64,000 bases of DNA from Candidatus Stahliibacteriota bacterium. Its GTDB lineage: Bacteria > Hydrothermota > UBA3073 > JACQXS01. The stretch spans positions 9,160-73,159 of the forward strand of contig JACQXS010000121.1 in the NCBI GenBank assembly GCA_016208615.1, read 5' to 3'. The position numbers were made by a program, and so were the translations under genes. The notes under the pieces are model-generated. The model was not told the origin of the DNA, did no database searches, and saw nothing but the letters and a program-made list of their open reading frames with translations. Shown here piece by piece: positions 18,798-29,200 of the stretch (the stretch's first letter is position 1; each line of letters opens with the position of its first letter).

Positions 18798-19820
18798 CTA
18801 TCTTTCTAAATATTCAACTACAAGTGTTGAATTCCTTATATATCCCGTAGAAGAATCTGTTGCTTTTATATAAACCTTTACAGAATAATTAGATTCTCCG
18901 GTAAAGTAACAGGGATAATGCATACGAAAATTGTTATAAATAGTATCCTCAATCGCAGTAAAGAAACATGGAATAGTATCTTTACGCCACACATTATCGC
19001 TAACGCCATTGTAATTACTAAAGGCATAACTTCCCATATTTAATGCACTAATAATAATACCGGGGGATACCCCTCCGGGTTGCATGGGATTAGTAAAAGT
19101 TCTTTTCATTTCACATATCAATGCTAATTCTGTAACTATAGTTGAGTCACTGGGGGGAGCGAAATTAAAAGTCATAACTTTGTCCCAATTATCTGTGGCG
19201 GATGTATGTTCTGCTGGGTCGCTCTGTATATTGAATTGCATAGTCCCACCTCCTCCGGGCACATAATTTGCAGTATCCGCTATATTTGCCTTCGGATATT
19301 CTGTACCCCACACATTACCGTTCCATTGATAAGAATTTGCAGAAATTCTTGATGAGTCAACATACAATACATTTGTAGATTTAGCATAATCTGCTGTATC
19401 TGCTTTCAATGCTTTGATTGCATACCCGACGGATACTAATTTTTGTCTCGGACTGAGTATCTCGGTCATTACCTGTATTTCAAGCCATAAAGGAGCACCT
19501 GTAAATATGGTCAACGGTATAGGGGTCTCACTACCAAGCAATACATTGAAAATACCTTTGCTAACCGGAACTGCTATATGTGCTTCACTCCATACCGAAC
19601 TACCACCTGTAGATGTAGTATATAACCTAAAAAGCATACCAAGGGTATCCGTAATACCGCTATTACTGGTATCAGTTGCACTACCAAGCCACCCCTGGTA
19701 ATTAATTTCCTGCGGTATATTCTTACTACCCAAGATAGGCACATCGGAATTTACTTTACTTACAGCCACAGGCTTTGCTTGTAAAACTAATACTATTATG
19801 GACATCAATATTCCTTGCAT
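18798..19820 (-). CDS. hypothetical secreted protein
   Basis: 340 aa; signal peptide; strong promoter + GGAGGA RBS upstream. Confidence 0.4.
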   Translation of the reverse strand: MQGILMSIIVLVLQAKPVAVSKVNSDVPILGSKNIPQEINYQGWLGSATDTSNSGITDTLGMLFRLYTTSTGGSSVWSEAHIAVPVSKGIFNVLLGSETPIPLTIFTGAPLWLEIQVMTEILSPRQKLVSVGYAIKALKADTADYAKSTNVLYVDSSRISANSYQWNGNVWGTEYPKANIADTANYVPGGGGTMQFNIQSDPAEHTSATDNWDKVMTFNFAPPSDSTIVTELALICEMKRTFTNPMQPGGVSPGIIISALNMGSYAFSNYNGVSDNVWRKDTIPCFFTAIEDTIYNNFRMHYPCYFTGESNYSVKVYIKATDSSTGYIRNSTLVVEYLER

Positions 19821-19852
19821 CTTATCCTCCTTTTTTCTGAAACTATTGTAAT

Positions 19853-19880
19853 AGTTTAGCTATTCTAAAGCAGATGTCAA
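19853..19880 (-). promoter_or_regulatory. sigma70-like promoter (TTGACA-16-TAAACT) for 18798..19820
   Basis: Minus-strand reading cttgacatctgctttagaatagctaaact; the same 40-bp block recurs at 34759-34800. Confidence 0.45.
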
Positions 19881-19917
19881 GAAAAAAGAATTAAATGTGG
19901 TGTGGTTAATTTTTTTC

Positions 19918-19945
19918 TTGACAAGCTGATTTTTGAGTATAAATA
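19918..19945 (+). promoter_or_regulatory. sigma70-like promoter (TTGACA-16-TAAATA), divergent from the previous one
   Basis: -35 lies within a 12-bp perfect inverted repeat gtcaagaaaaaa / ttttttcttgac. Confidence 0.4.
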
Positions 19946-20019
19946 GAATACGAATGAGAATAGTTAATAGATAAGGGGGTGCTTGTGGTTTAAGTAGGTA
20001 CAATTAAAAGATACTTATG

Positions 20020-20082
20020 CCATATGCGCCCTGTGTGCATATGGTTTTTTTGTTGCCATATGCTAAAAGCATATGGTTTTTT
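20020..20082 (+). terminator. two tandem terminator-like hairpins in the 5' leader of the ABC transporter gene
   Basis: CCATATGC-gccctgtgt-GCATATGG + T7 (20020-20051) and CCATATGC-taaaa-GCATATGG + T6 (20056-20082), followed by GGAGG and the ATG at 20099. Confidence 0.4.
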
Positions 20083-20098
20083 ATTTGGAGGTATAGTT

Positions 20099-21091
20099 AT
20101 GCAAACTGAATCTATAAAGACAGAGCAACTTACAAGAGCATATAAGGGCAAGAAAAAAGCTGACCCCTCTGTGATAGCACTTGACCAAGTGGATTTAAGT
20201 GTCTATGAGGGTGAGTTGTTTGGCTTACTCGGTCCTAATGGAGCGGGCAAGACTACTCTTATTAAAATACTTACGACTTTACTTTTACCTACTTCTGGCA
20301 AGGCACTTGTTGCGGGATTTGATGTAGATAAGGAGGCACAAAAGATAAAACCTTTAATTAATATGGTGTCTGGGGGCGAGGAATCGGGCTACGGCATATT
20401 GACTGTGGTCGAAACTATCTGGATGTTTTCGCAATTCTATGGTATTCCAAACAAGGTAGCGAAAGAAAGGATAGACAAGCTATTAGAGGTTGTTGGGCTT
20501 AAAGATAATGCGAAGACAAAAGTCTATAAACTCTCTACAGGGATGCGGCAGAAGATGAATTTTGCACGCGGCTTTGTCTCGGACCCAAAAATTATATTCC
20601 TTGATGAACCGATGCTTGGCTTGGATGTTGAGGCAGCCAGGACTTGCAGGAAGTTTATTAAAAACTGGTTAAATGAAAATCCGACAAGGACAGTTCTGCT
20701 TACTACTCATTATCTTGTGGAAGCAGATGAATTATGTGACCGCATAGCTATTATCAATCATGGCAAGATAGTTGCCTGCGATACCCCTGATAACCTAAAA
20801 CTTCTTGTGCAAAGGGAACCCATCTTTCAGTTAGAGACTACTATGATGCAAAATGAGATAGATGAGTTTAAGCAAATGGCAGGAGTGATTGACTTAACCT
20901 ATTCGCACAATATAGATAAAAGCACTACTTCTTTTAGAATGCGGTTAAGCAAAGAAGAAGTGATTGCCAAGATTATTGGAACACTAACGAAGCATAATCT
21001 AAAAATTATATCTCTTGAAAAAAGGGAGCCCAGTCTTGAAGATGTGTTTATCAAGCTTGTGGGCAAAAAGATAGAGGAAGAAGATGCGTGA
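20099..21091 (+). CDS. ABC transporter ATP-binding protein (ABC-2 exporter family)
   Basis: Walker A GPNGAGKTT, signature LSTGMRQK, Walker B IFLDEP; track ORF starts at 20024, but the ATG at 20099 has a GGAGG RBS. Confidence 0.8.
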   Translation: MQTESIKTEQLTRAYKGKKKADPSVIALDQVDLSVYEGELFGLLGPNGAGKTTLIKILTTLLLPTSGKALVAGFDVDKEAQKIKPLINMVSGGEESGYGILTVVETIWMFSQFYGIPNKVAKERIDKLLEVVGLKDNAKTKVYKLSTGMRQKMNFARGFVSDPKIIFLDEPMLGLDVEAARTCRKFIKNWLNENPTRTVLLTTHYLVEADELCDRIAIINHGKIVACDTPDNLKLLVQREPIFQLETTMMQNEIDEFKQMAGVIDLTYSHNIDKSTTSFRMRLSKEEVIAKIIGTLTKHNLKIISLEKREPSLEDVFIKLVGKKIEEEDA

Positions 21092-21902
21092 TAGTATTAT
21101 ATTAAATTTGCGTGCCGTATGGGCGAGAGCTTATGTTCGGATAGTAGGGGCAAATAGGGAGCCGAGTTGGATAATTGCTGAAACCCTATTGCCACTTTTT
21201 TCGCTCTCCGCATATGTATTTTTGTATAAAGCAATAGATGCGCCGGCGCAGTTTATTGGCTTTGTGATACTCGGCGGCACTATGACTGCCTATTGGATAG
21301 CTATTTTGTGGGGTATGGCGGCACAATTTTATTGGGAGAAGACGAGTGGTCAGTTTGCACTATATCTGATAGCTCCTATGTCCCGGATGGCTATTTTGAT
21401 GGGTATGGCAGTGGGTGGATTTTTTATGACAACTATTAGAGCGGTAGCAACTCTAATCATTGGGTGTCTTATTTTTAGGGTTGAATTCCAAGTGGTCTCT
21501 TGGGTATATCTTATATTGATATTTTTACTCTCAATGGTCGCACTTTATGGTATGGGAATGATGTTTGCGTCACTCTTTTTGTTATGGGGCAGGGAGGTTC
21601 AGCATCTGACTAATTTATTACAGGAGCCAATATATTTGTTTTCTGGCTTCTACTTCCCGGTAAAGTGTCTCGGGACTTGGGTATCGTCATTTGCTTCTCT
21701 AATACCCTTGACATTGGGATTAGATGGGATGCGTCAGTGCTTGTTCGGGCAAGCCAAAGCAATGGGATTTATGTCGTTTAAGCTGGAAGTACTTATACTT
21801 TTAGGAATGGACATAGTTTTTCTATACTTGGCAGGTAAAATGCATAGGATTATGGAATATAAGGGCAAAAAGGAAGGCACTCTGACAACAAGATGGCAAT
21901 AA
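21084..21902 (+). CDS. ABC-2 type transporter permease
   Basis: 272 aa, six hydrophobic segments; overlaps the ATPase stop. Confidence 0.7.
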   Translation: MRDSIILNLRAVWARAYVRIVGANREPSWIIAETLLPLFSLSAYVFLYKAIDAPAQFIGFVILGGTMTAYWIAILWGMAAQFYWEKTSGQFALYLIAPMSRMAILMGMAVGGFFMTTIRAVATLIIGCLIFRVEFQVVSWVYLILIFLLSMVALYGMGMMFASLFLLWGREVQHLTNLLQEPIYLFSGFYFPVKCLGTWVSSFASLIPLTLGLDGMRQCLFGQAKAMGFMSFKLEVLILLGMDIVFLYLAGKMHRIMEYKGKKEGTLTTRWQ

Positions 21903-21920
21903 ATAGAATAGATAGAGATA

Positions 21921-22072
21921 CACGACACGACTGTGGAGTTCCACGACACGACTGTGGAGTTCCACGATACGACTGTGGAGTTCCACGACACGACTGTGGA
22001 GTTCCACGACACGACTGTGGAGTTCCACGACACGACTGTGGAGTTCCACGATACGACTGTGGAGTTCCACGA
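21921..22072. repeat. tandem repeat, 21-bp unit cacgacacgactgtggagttc, about 7 copies
   Basis: Read directly; generates spurious ORFs in three frames (21734..22033, 21822..22070, 21893..22120). Confidence 0.9.
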
Positions 22073-22127
22073 TGGCGATGGAGAGTTATACGAATGACTT
22101 GGAGAATGTTACAAGAGTAATAAATAT

Positions 22128-23039
22128 ATGGGAACTAAACTTAATCATTCCCGCTTGCTGCCCCGCTTGCTGCCCCGCTTGCTGCCCCGCTTGCTGCGGG
22201 ATTTCCAACGGGATTTCCAACTAAAAGTATTGAAGGTATCGGCGTGGTTGGGCTGGCAATTAGAGTCAAACTGGGCTGAGCCACTGGTCTTTGCTATCTA
22301 TTCAATCATCAAGCCGATATCCTCGTCCCTAATCCTTGTATTTATGTATCTTGTGGTGACGGGTGGCAAGACTAAAACCGATATGTTTGTATATGTCTTT
22401 GTAGGTAATGCGTTCTTTATGTATGTTTGGGTGTTGTTTAGTATGGCTTGGGCGATTATGAGCGATAGGGAGCAATATGAGATGCTTAAATTTATCTATC
22501 TCTCGCCTATCAAAATATATACTTATTTGGCGGGCAGAGGGGTAGCGATGTTTGTTATGACAACCATCGCAGTATGGCTTAATCTATTATTTGGCACTTT
22601 GGTGCTAAAAATACCACTTATCATAGATTGGGGATGGCTTTCCGCTTACCTTTTAGTGGGACTTGCAGGAATAGGGGCATTGAGAATTATATTGGCGGGT
22701 ATTATATTAATTGTCCCAAGACACTCGGGAATGATAACTGAAAGTATAGCGGGTATATTTTATTTGCTATGCGGAGTGATATTCCCAATAGATACACTGC
22801 CGGGATGGCTTATCCTGATAGCTAAAGCTTTACCTTTTACTTATTGGTTGGATGGGATGAGGCGTGCCGTATTGGGTAAAAGTATATGCTCTGCTTTGGC
22901 TCAATACTCTAATTTAACACTATTATCTATTTTAGTTCTCACTACTGTTGTGGCACTTATTATCTCAGATAGAGCATTTAAGTTGTGCGAACGCATCGCC
23001 CGCCGCAAAGGTCTATTAGATAGGACTACAGGATATTAA
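22128..23039 (+). CDS. ABC-2 type transporter permease (N-terminus of ORF is repeat-encoded; true start probably downstream)
   Basis: Multiple TM segments; first about 30 codons lie in repeat DNA. Confidence 0.6.
   Translation: MGTKLNHSRLLPRLLPRLLPRLLRDFQRDFQLKVLKVSAWLGWQLESNWAEPLVFAIYSIIKPISSSLILVFMYLVVTGGKTKTDMFVYVFVGNAFFMYVWVLFSMAWAIMSDREQYEMLKFIYLSPIKIYTYLAGRGVAMFVMTTIAVWLNLLFGTLVLKIPLIIDWGWLSAYLLVGLAGIGALRIILAGIILIVPRHSGMITESIAGIFYLLCGVIFPIDTLPGWLILIAKALPFTYWLDGMRRAVLGKSICSALAQYSNLTLLSILVLTTVVALIISDRAFKLCERIARRKGLLDRTTGY
22151..22221. repeat. dispersed GC-rich repeat family 1 copy: (ccgcttgctgcc)x4 + gggatttccaac x2
   Basis: Same element as 3961-4009, 7826-7874, 26209-26258, 47431-47470. 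Confidence 0.85.
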
Positions 23040-23068
23040 AAATGATTACTACTTGAGGTCGCACCTCT

Positions 23069-25192
23069 TCAATAGCCTCTAATTTTTTCTAATACAGCTG
23101 ATTGTTCATCACTGGGCAATTCTTTATAGGATTCAAATTTCATAAGATAAACAACTCTTCCTTGTGTTAAAGACCTTAGGGTAGTAGCGTAACCGAACAA
23201 TTTGCGTAAAGGGCAGGTGGCAAATATAGTATGCCTTATTCCAGTGCCTGATAGCGATAAAACCTTGCCTTCCCTGACTCCCAAATCATCTAACACATTA
23301 CCCAAATACTCTGGTGGTATAATAATTTCCAATTTCATTTCCGGCTCCAATAGTATTGGATGAGCTTTTCCTATTGCTTCCTTGACCGCCATAGACCCAG
23401 CGGCTTCAAAGGCAATTTCTGACGAATCCACAGGATGATATGACCCACCTGTAAGTATAACTTCTAAATCTACTATCGGGAAGCCCGCCAATACGCCGAC
23501 TTGTACTGCCGACTCTACCCCTTTCTGTATTGCTCCCCAATATTCGCGTGGTATAGCTCCTTCTTTCACTTCTTCCCTAAAGCTAAATCCTTTTCCTTTT
23601 TCAGCTGGCTCTACTCTAATAATTACATCTCCATATTGTCCCTTCCCGCCACTTTGTTTGATAAATTTACCTCTTGCCACTGCTTGTTTTGTAATTGTCT
23701 CTTTATATGCCACTTGTGGGATTCCCATTTTAGTTTTAAGTCCAAATTCTCGCTCCATTCTTTGGCATATAACTTCTAAATGCAACTCGCCCATCCCACC
23801 AATCAGCGTCTCCCCAGTATCTGGTGCTATTTTAACTTCAACGGTCGGGTCATCAATCATTAAATTATCCAAGACGCTGACAAACTTTTCTTCATCTTGA
23901 TGAGTTTTGGGTTCTATTTTAGCAAAAACGACCGGCTCAGGCATTTCCAGGGCTTTAAGTTTAATGTTAGAATCAACATCTGTAAGCGTATGTCCGGTTC
24001 TCACCTCTTTTGGTCCATACACCGCTACAATATCACCCGCCTCTGCTTCACTAATAATCTGTCTCTTATTGGCGTGCATTAAAAAAATTTGTGCTATCCG
24101 TTCAGTAGTGTTATTATTAGCATTAAGTATTTGTTGCCCTATTTTAATTTTCCCCGAATACACTCGCATATAGACGAGCTTACCGTGTTGGTCGGTTTGT
24201 ATCTTAAACGCCAAGGCACAGAACTTTGAATCCGTAAATGGAATAATATTGTCCGATTGTCTGATTGTCTGATTGTCCGATTGTCCGAGTTCTCCTGATT
24301 TGAGCAGTAACTCACTTCGTTTAAGTTGTTTAAGGGCTTCCATCCGCTCAATAGGCGAAGGTAAATAGTCAACTATTCCATCCATTAATTGCTGCACCCC
24401 AATATTCCTTAATGAGGTACCTAAAAATATAGGCACTAATTTCCGTTGTGTCGTAAGTCGGCGAATAGTTTTAATCAACTGCTCATTACTAATAGGTTGG
24501 TCAGATAGGTAAAGTTCTGCTATTTCGTCATCTTTTAATGCAATCAGTTCCAGTATCTCTTTTTTCTTCTCGTTTAGTGTAGATTTTAATGTTTCAGGCA
24601 CATCTTTTGTTGTAAATTCTGTCCCATCTGTTCCTGGTAGCCATTCAATTATTTTTTCTGATAGCACATCACAGATACCGCAAAAATCTTTCTCTATTCC
24701 TATTGGAAATTGTAATTCAAGCGGATAAGCATTGAGTCTATCTTTTATCATATTGATACAAGAATTTGGCTCCGCTCCCATTCTATCCAGTTTATTTATA
24801 TAAACAATTCTCGGTACCTCATATCTATCTGCTTGTAGCCAAACTGATTCTGATTGCGACTCTACTCCCTCTACGGCACTAAATATCATCACCGTCCCGT
24901 CCAATACTCTTAAACTACGCTCTACTTCGCCTGTAAAATCAATATGACCAGGGGTATCTATAATGTTAATTTGCTTTCCCTTCCAATAACAAGTAGTAAC
25001 CGCCGAGGTTATCGTAATTCCACGCTCCTTCTCTTCTTCCATCCAATCCATAGTAGCTGACCCATCATCTACTTCGCCAATTCTATGAATTTTACGAGAG
25101 TAATATAATATGCGTTCCGTGGTAGTAGTCTTACCCGCATCTATATGGGCAATAATACCAATATTCCGAATATCTGCTAAATTTCTATCCAT
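23069..25192 (-). CDS. fusA: elongation factor G
   Basis: AHIDAGKTTTTERIL, DTPGHIDF, NKLDR G-domain motifs; 707 aa; in-frame octamer-repeat insertion at 24251-24289. Confidence 0.9.
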   Translation of the reverse strand: MDRNLADIRNIGIIAHIDAGKTTTTERILYYSRKIHRIGEVDDGSATMDWMEEEKERGITITSAVTTCYWKGKQINIIDTPGHIDFTGEVERSLRVLDGTVMIFSAVEGVESQSESVWLQADRYEVPRIVYINKLDRMGAEPNSCINMIKDRLNAYPLELQFPIGIEKDFCGICDVLSEKIIEWLPGTDGTEFTTKDVPETLKSTLNEKKKEILELIALKDDEIAELYLSDQPISNEQLIKTIRRLTTQRKLVPIFLGTSLRNIGVQQLMDGIVDYLPSPIERMEALKQLKRSELLLKSGELGQSDNQTIRQSDNIIPFTDSKFCALAFKIQTDQHGKLVYMRVYSGKIKIGQQILNANNNTTERIAQIFLMHANKRQIISEAEAGDIVAVYGPKEVRTGHTLTDVDSNIKLKALEMPEPVVFAKIEPKTHQDEEKFVSVLDNLMIDDPTVEVKIAPDTGETLIGGMGELHLEVICQRMEREFGLKTKMGIPQVAYKETITKQAVARGKFIKQSGGKGQYGDVIIRVEPAEKGKGFSFREEVKEGAIPREYWGAIQKGVESAVQVGVLAGFPIVDLEVILTGGSYHPVDSSEIAFEAAGSMAVKEAIGKAHPILLEPEMKLEIIIPPEYLGNVLDDLGVREGKVLSLSGTGIRHTIFATCPLRKLFGYATTLRSLTQGRVVYLMKFESYKELPSDEQSAVLEKIRGY

Positions 25193-25298
25193 ATCTATGT
25201 AAAATCCAAAGTTTAAAATCCGATAATATTACCCGTGTTACACTTCAAGGGGAATTACTTTGTGTAAGTTAGTCAGCTCTATTAAGAGGGGATATGGC

Positions 25299-25784
25299 TT
25301 ACCACCTGAAGTGTGCAAAAGCTTTATTAGCTTCAGCCATTCTATGTGTATCTTCCTTTTTCTTGTAAGCTGTTCCCTTTTTTTCAGCGGCTAAAATCAG
25401 TTCTTCTGCCAGTTTTGCCGACATAGGCATACCCTTTTTCTCTCTTGTCCCTTGCAGTAACCATCTAATAGTTAGTGCCAATTTTCGTCCCGCCCTAACT
25501 TCCATCGGTACCTGATAAGTTGCTCCACCTACTCTTCTTGGTTTGACTTCAAGGTCAGGCTTCACATTACTAACCGCCTCCAAAAAGACTGAAAGACCAG
25601 GCTTACCTGTTTTAGTTTCTACTATTTTTAAGGCATCATAAAATATCTGTTCCGCCAAATACTTTTTACCCTCCTGCATTATGGAGTTTATAAACTTTCC
25701 GCATATCTCGTTATTGTAAATAGTATCCGGCTGCCCCTCTCTTCTTTCAGCTCTCCTTCTTCTCATATTTACTCCTTTTTGCAA
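25299..25784 (-). CDS. rpsG: 30S ribosomal protein S7
   Basis: Conserved S7 sequence; str operon position. Confidence 0.9.
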   Translation of the reverse strand: MQKGVNMRRRRAERREGQPDTIYNNEICGKFINSIMQEGKKYLAEQIFYDALKIVETKTGKPGLSVFLEAVSNVKPDLEVKPRRVGGATYQVPMEVRAGRKLALTIRWLLQGTREKKGMPMSAKLAEELILAAEKKGTAYKKKEDTHRMAEANKAFAHFRW

Positions 25785-25812
25785 ACCTAAAGGTTTGCCC
25801 TACATTTTGTTA

Positions 25813-26187
25813 TTATGCTTTGGGTTTTTTTGTCCCATACCGGGATCTCGATTTCTTTCTCGTCTCTACGCCTGATGCATCTAATACTCCCCTGACTATA
25901 TGATATCGGACACCAGGCAAATCCTTAACTCTACCCCCCTCCACTAACACTATAGAATGCTCCTGTAATGAGTGACCTTCGCCAGGAATATAAGCAATTA
26001 CTTCCTGCCCTGTAATCAATCTCACCTTCGCCACTTTTCTCAATGCAGAATTAGGCTTCTTAGGCGTAGTAGTATAGACTTTAGTGCATACTCCCCTTTT
26101 ATATGGATTACCCATAAGCGCAGGCACCTTACTTTTATTGCTCTGTTTTCTGCGCGGCTTCCTAACTAATTGGTTTATGGTTGGCAT
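25813..26187 (-). CDS. rpsL: 30S ribosomal protein S12
   Basis: [13 protein letters not shown]...[11 protein letters not shown]... Confidence 0.95.
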   Translation of the reverse strand: MPTINQLVRKPRRKQSNKSKVPALMGNPYKRGVCTKVYTTTPKKPNSALRKVAKVRLITGQEVIAYIPGEGHSLQEHSIVLVEGGRVKDLPGVRYHIVRGVLDASGVETRKKSRSRYGTKKPKA

Positions 26188-26205
26188 ATTCCTCCTTATA
26201 TCAAA

Positions 26206-29200
26206 TTAAACAGTTTCGCCCCCGCCTGATGCCCCGCCTGCTGCGGGATTTTCAACGGGATTTTCAACTTCAACTGTAACATTAGTACTATTCTTTACTT
26301 CATTTTCTGGTACTTTAAATCCTCTAACTCCGGTTCCAGCAGGAATTAAGCTTCCTATAATCACATTCTCCTTAATTCCAAACAAATAATCACATTTACG
26401 GTGAATAGCCGCATCAGTCAATACCCGTGTAGTCTCTTGGAAAGAGGCGGCAGATATAAATGAATCAGTAGCTAAAATAGCCTGGGTCACTCCCAAAAGT
26501 ACTGGCTCATATGTAGCACCTTTCGCTTCTACTCCTGCCAATCTTTTATTTTCTTCCATTAATTTTGACTTCTCAACTATTTGGCCTTCAACAAATAGTG
26601 TATCTCCCGGATCCAGGATTCGTATTTTAGATAACATCTGTCTAACTAAAATTCCAATATGCTTATCATTAATTTCCACTCCTTGCAACATATAGACTTC
26701 CTGAATCTGGTTAACCAAAAATTCCTGTGTCTCACCTACTCCTTTGATATGCAATATATCGTGTGGGTCTACCGGTCCTTGCGTAATCTTATCTCCTGCC
26801 CTTACTTCTTCTCCTTCATCTACAAGTAAATGTCGTCCATATGAGATACGATATTTCTTCTCTTCGTTCGTTCCTCTAACTGCAATAACCCTATACCCAT
26901 GCTCTTTTGGTTTAAACTCAACTACCCCATCTATCTCAGTCAGAATAGCTTTTTCTTTTGGACATCTTGCCTCAAATAACTCTACTACCCGCGGTAATCC
27001 TCCCGTAATATCTCGTGTTTTAGCTATTTCGCGAGGTATCTTTGCTAATAAATCACCGGGAAATACTTTAGTACCGTCAGGAACAAGTATATGTGCCTTA
27101 CTCGGTAAAGGATAGCCCTTTAGTAGTTTTTCTTCTTCATATATTTGCAACTCTGATTGTGTTTTACGGTCCGATATAACTACCGGATATTTTCTGCTAG
27201 TCCGGTCATCATACTCAAGCCGATAAGTTTCATTCTCTACTAATCCTTCATACCTTACTTCTCCTTCTACTTCTGATAGTAGTGGTGATGAATAAGGGTC
27301 CCATTCAAATAATATTTCCCCCTTTTGAATCACTGCATTATCCTTAACCTTAACCATTGCCCCATATGGTACCTTATACGAAGTAGTCCCTTCTTCTGAC
27401 TGGACATAAATTTTTCCCCCTTTCCGCATAGCAACAATAGTATCATCCTTACGGCGTTGAAGGAGTAAATTTTCGAACTTAGTTTTCCCTTCCCGAGCAC
27501 TGCGCATTTCTGATTCCTTAGCTATACGGGTAGCTATTCCACCGATATGGAATGTACGCAAAGTAAGCTGTGTACCCGGTTCACCAATAGATTGTGCCGC
27601 TATCACGCCCACAGATTCTCCTATCTCTACTAAATGGTTAGTGGACAAATCTCTGCCATAACATTTTTGACAAATCCCATAACTTGACTCACAAGTAAGA
27701 ACCGACCTAACATAGACTTTATCTATCCCACATTCTTCTATCTCTTGTGCTTTATCATCCGGTATTTCTTGTCCACCAAACACTATTACCTGAGAGGTTA
27801 TGGGATTAATCACATCCTCCATTGCATATCGTCCCTTAATCCGCTTAGATATGGGTTCAATTATTTGTTCCCCTTCCTTTATAGGACCTACATAATTACC
27901 CATTATAGTCCCGCAATCCTCTTCCGTAATGACCACATTTTGTGCCGCATCTACAAGTTTACGCGTAAGATAACCCGCCTGTGCTGTTTTGAGTGCAGTA
28001 TCAGTTAAGCCCTTACGCGCCCCATGCGTAGAGATAAAATACTCAAGAACATTCAATCCTTCACGGAAATTAGAGGTAATAGGGGTTTCTATTATTTCAT
28101 TCCCACCCTTTGGCCTTGTCATCAATCCTCTTGTTCCTATTATTTGGCGTACTTGGTCAGGGTTACCGCGTGAGCCAGACTTTACTATCATATATACTGG
28201 ATTAAATCCTTCATCCTTCTCTTCCAATAAGCGTAATGCGGAGCGCTCAATCTGATTAGTTGTCCGCATCCAAATGTCTATTACTGTATTATATCGCTCA
28301 CTCTCAGTAATAGAACCCGCCTTATGTTGATTATGTACTTTTTCTATCTCTTTCAAGGCACGGGCAATTATCTCTGGTTTAGGGACAGGAACAAAAGTAT
28401 CATCTATGCCAATTGTCAATCCTGAACGCGTTATATACTCGTATCCTATAGACTTTACAGCATCTAAAAACTTAACAGTAGCTATGTTACCGCAAACCCG
28501 ATAAATCTCACCTACTAATTTTACTAACTGCTTCTTACCTACCAACTCATTTACAAACTCTATCTCTTCTGGCACTACTTTATTAAAAATTACTCTCCCC
28601 GGAGTTGTTGTAATTAATTTTCCATTAACTCTATACTTAATATACTCGTGTAAAGTAACTGACTTATACTCAACCGCCATTTCTATCTCATCTATATTAC
28701 TAAATGCCTTAACTGCTGTTTCTTGCTTCTTATCTTTCTTTGGCCGCTCCTTAGTTAACCAATATATCCCAATTATAGCATCTTGCGTTGGGGTGCTTAT
28801 CGGTTCACCGTTTGAAGGAGATAAAATATTGTTGGAAGCCATCATTAATAATAATGACTCAAGTTGTGCTTCTACACTCAATGGAACATGTATAGCCATT
28901 GTGTCGCCATCAAAATCTGCATTAAAAGGCACACAAACTAACGGAGAGATACGCAAAGCCTTACCTTCCACTAATTTTGGTAAAAATGCCTGTATAGATA
29001 ACCTATGTAGTGTTGGAGCACGATTTAATAGAACCGGATGATTGTAAATGATGCGTTCAAGAGTTTCCCATACTTCCTTTGCCCCCTCTTCTAACAATTT
29101 ACGCGCCCCTTTTACTGTTTGGGCATATCCTTCTCGCTCCAGTTCACGAATAACAAACGGTTTAAATAACTCAAGTGCCATTGTCTTGGGTACTCCGCAT

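Noticed and set aside
21734-22120. Three overlapping ORFs (21734..22033 -, 21822..22070 -, 21893..22120 +) with repetitive peptide sequences
   Set aside because: Artefacts of the 21-bp tandem repeat, which is open in all frames.
22128-22230. Native N-terminus of the second ABC-2 permease (MGTKLNHSRLLPRLLPRLLPRLL...)
   Set aside because: Encoded entirely by the (ccgcttgctgcc)x4 repeat, so the real start is likely downstream.
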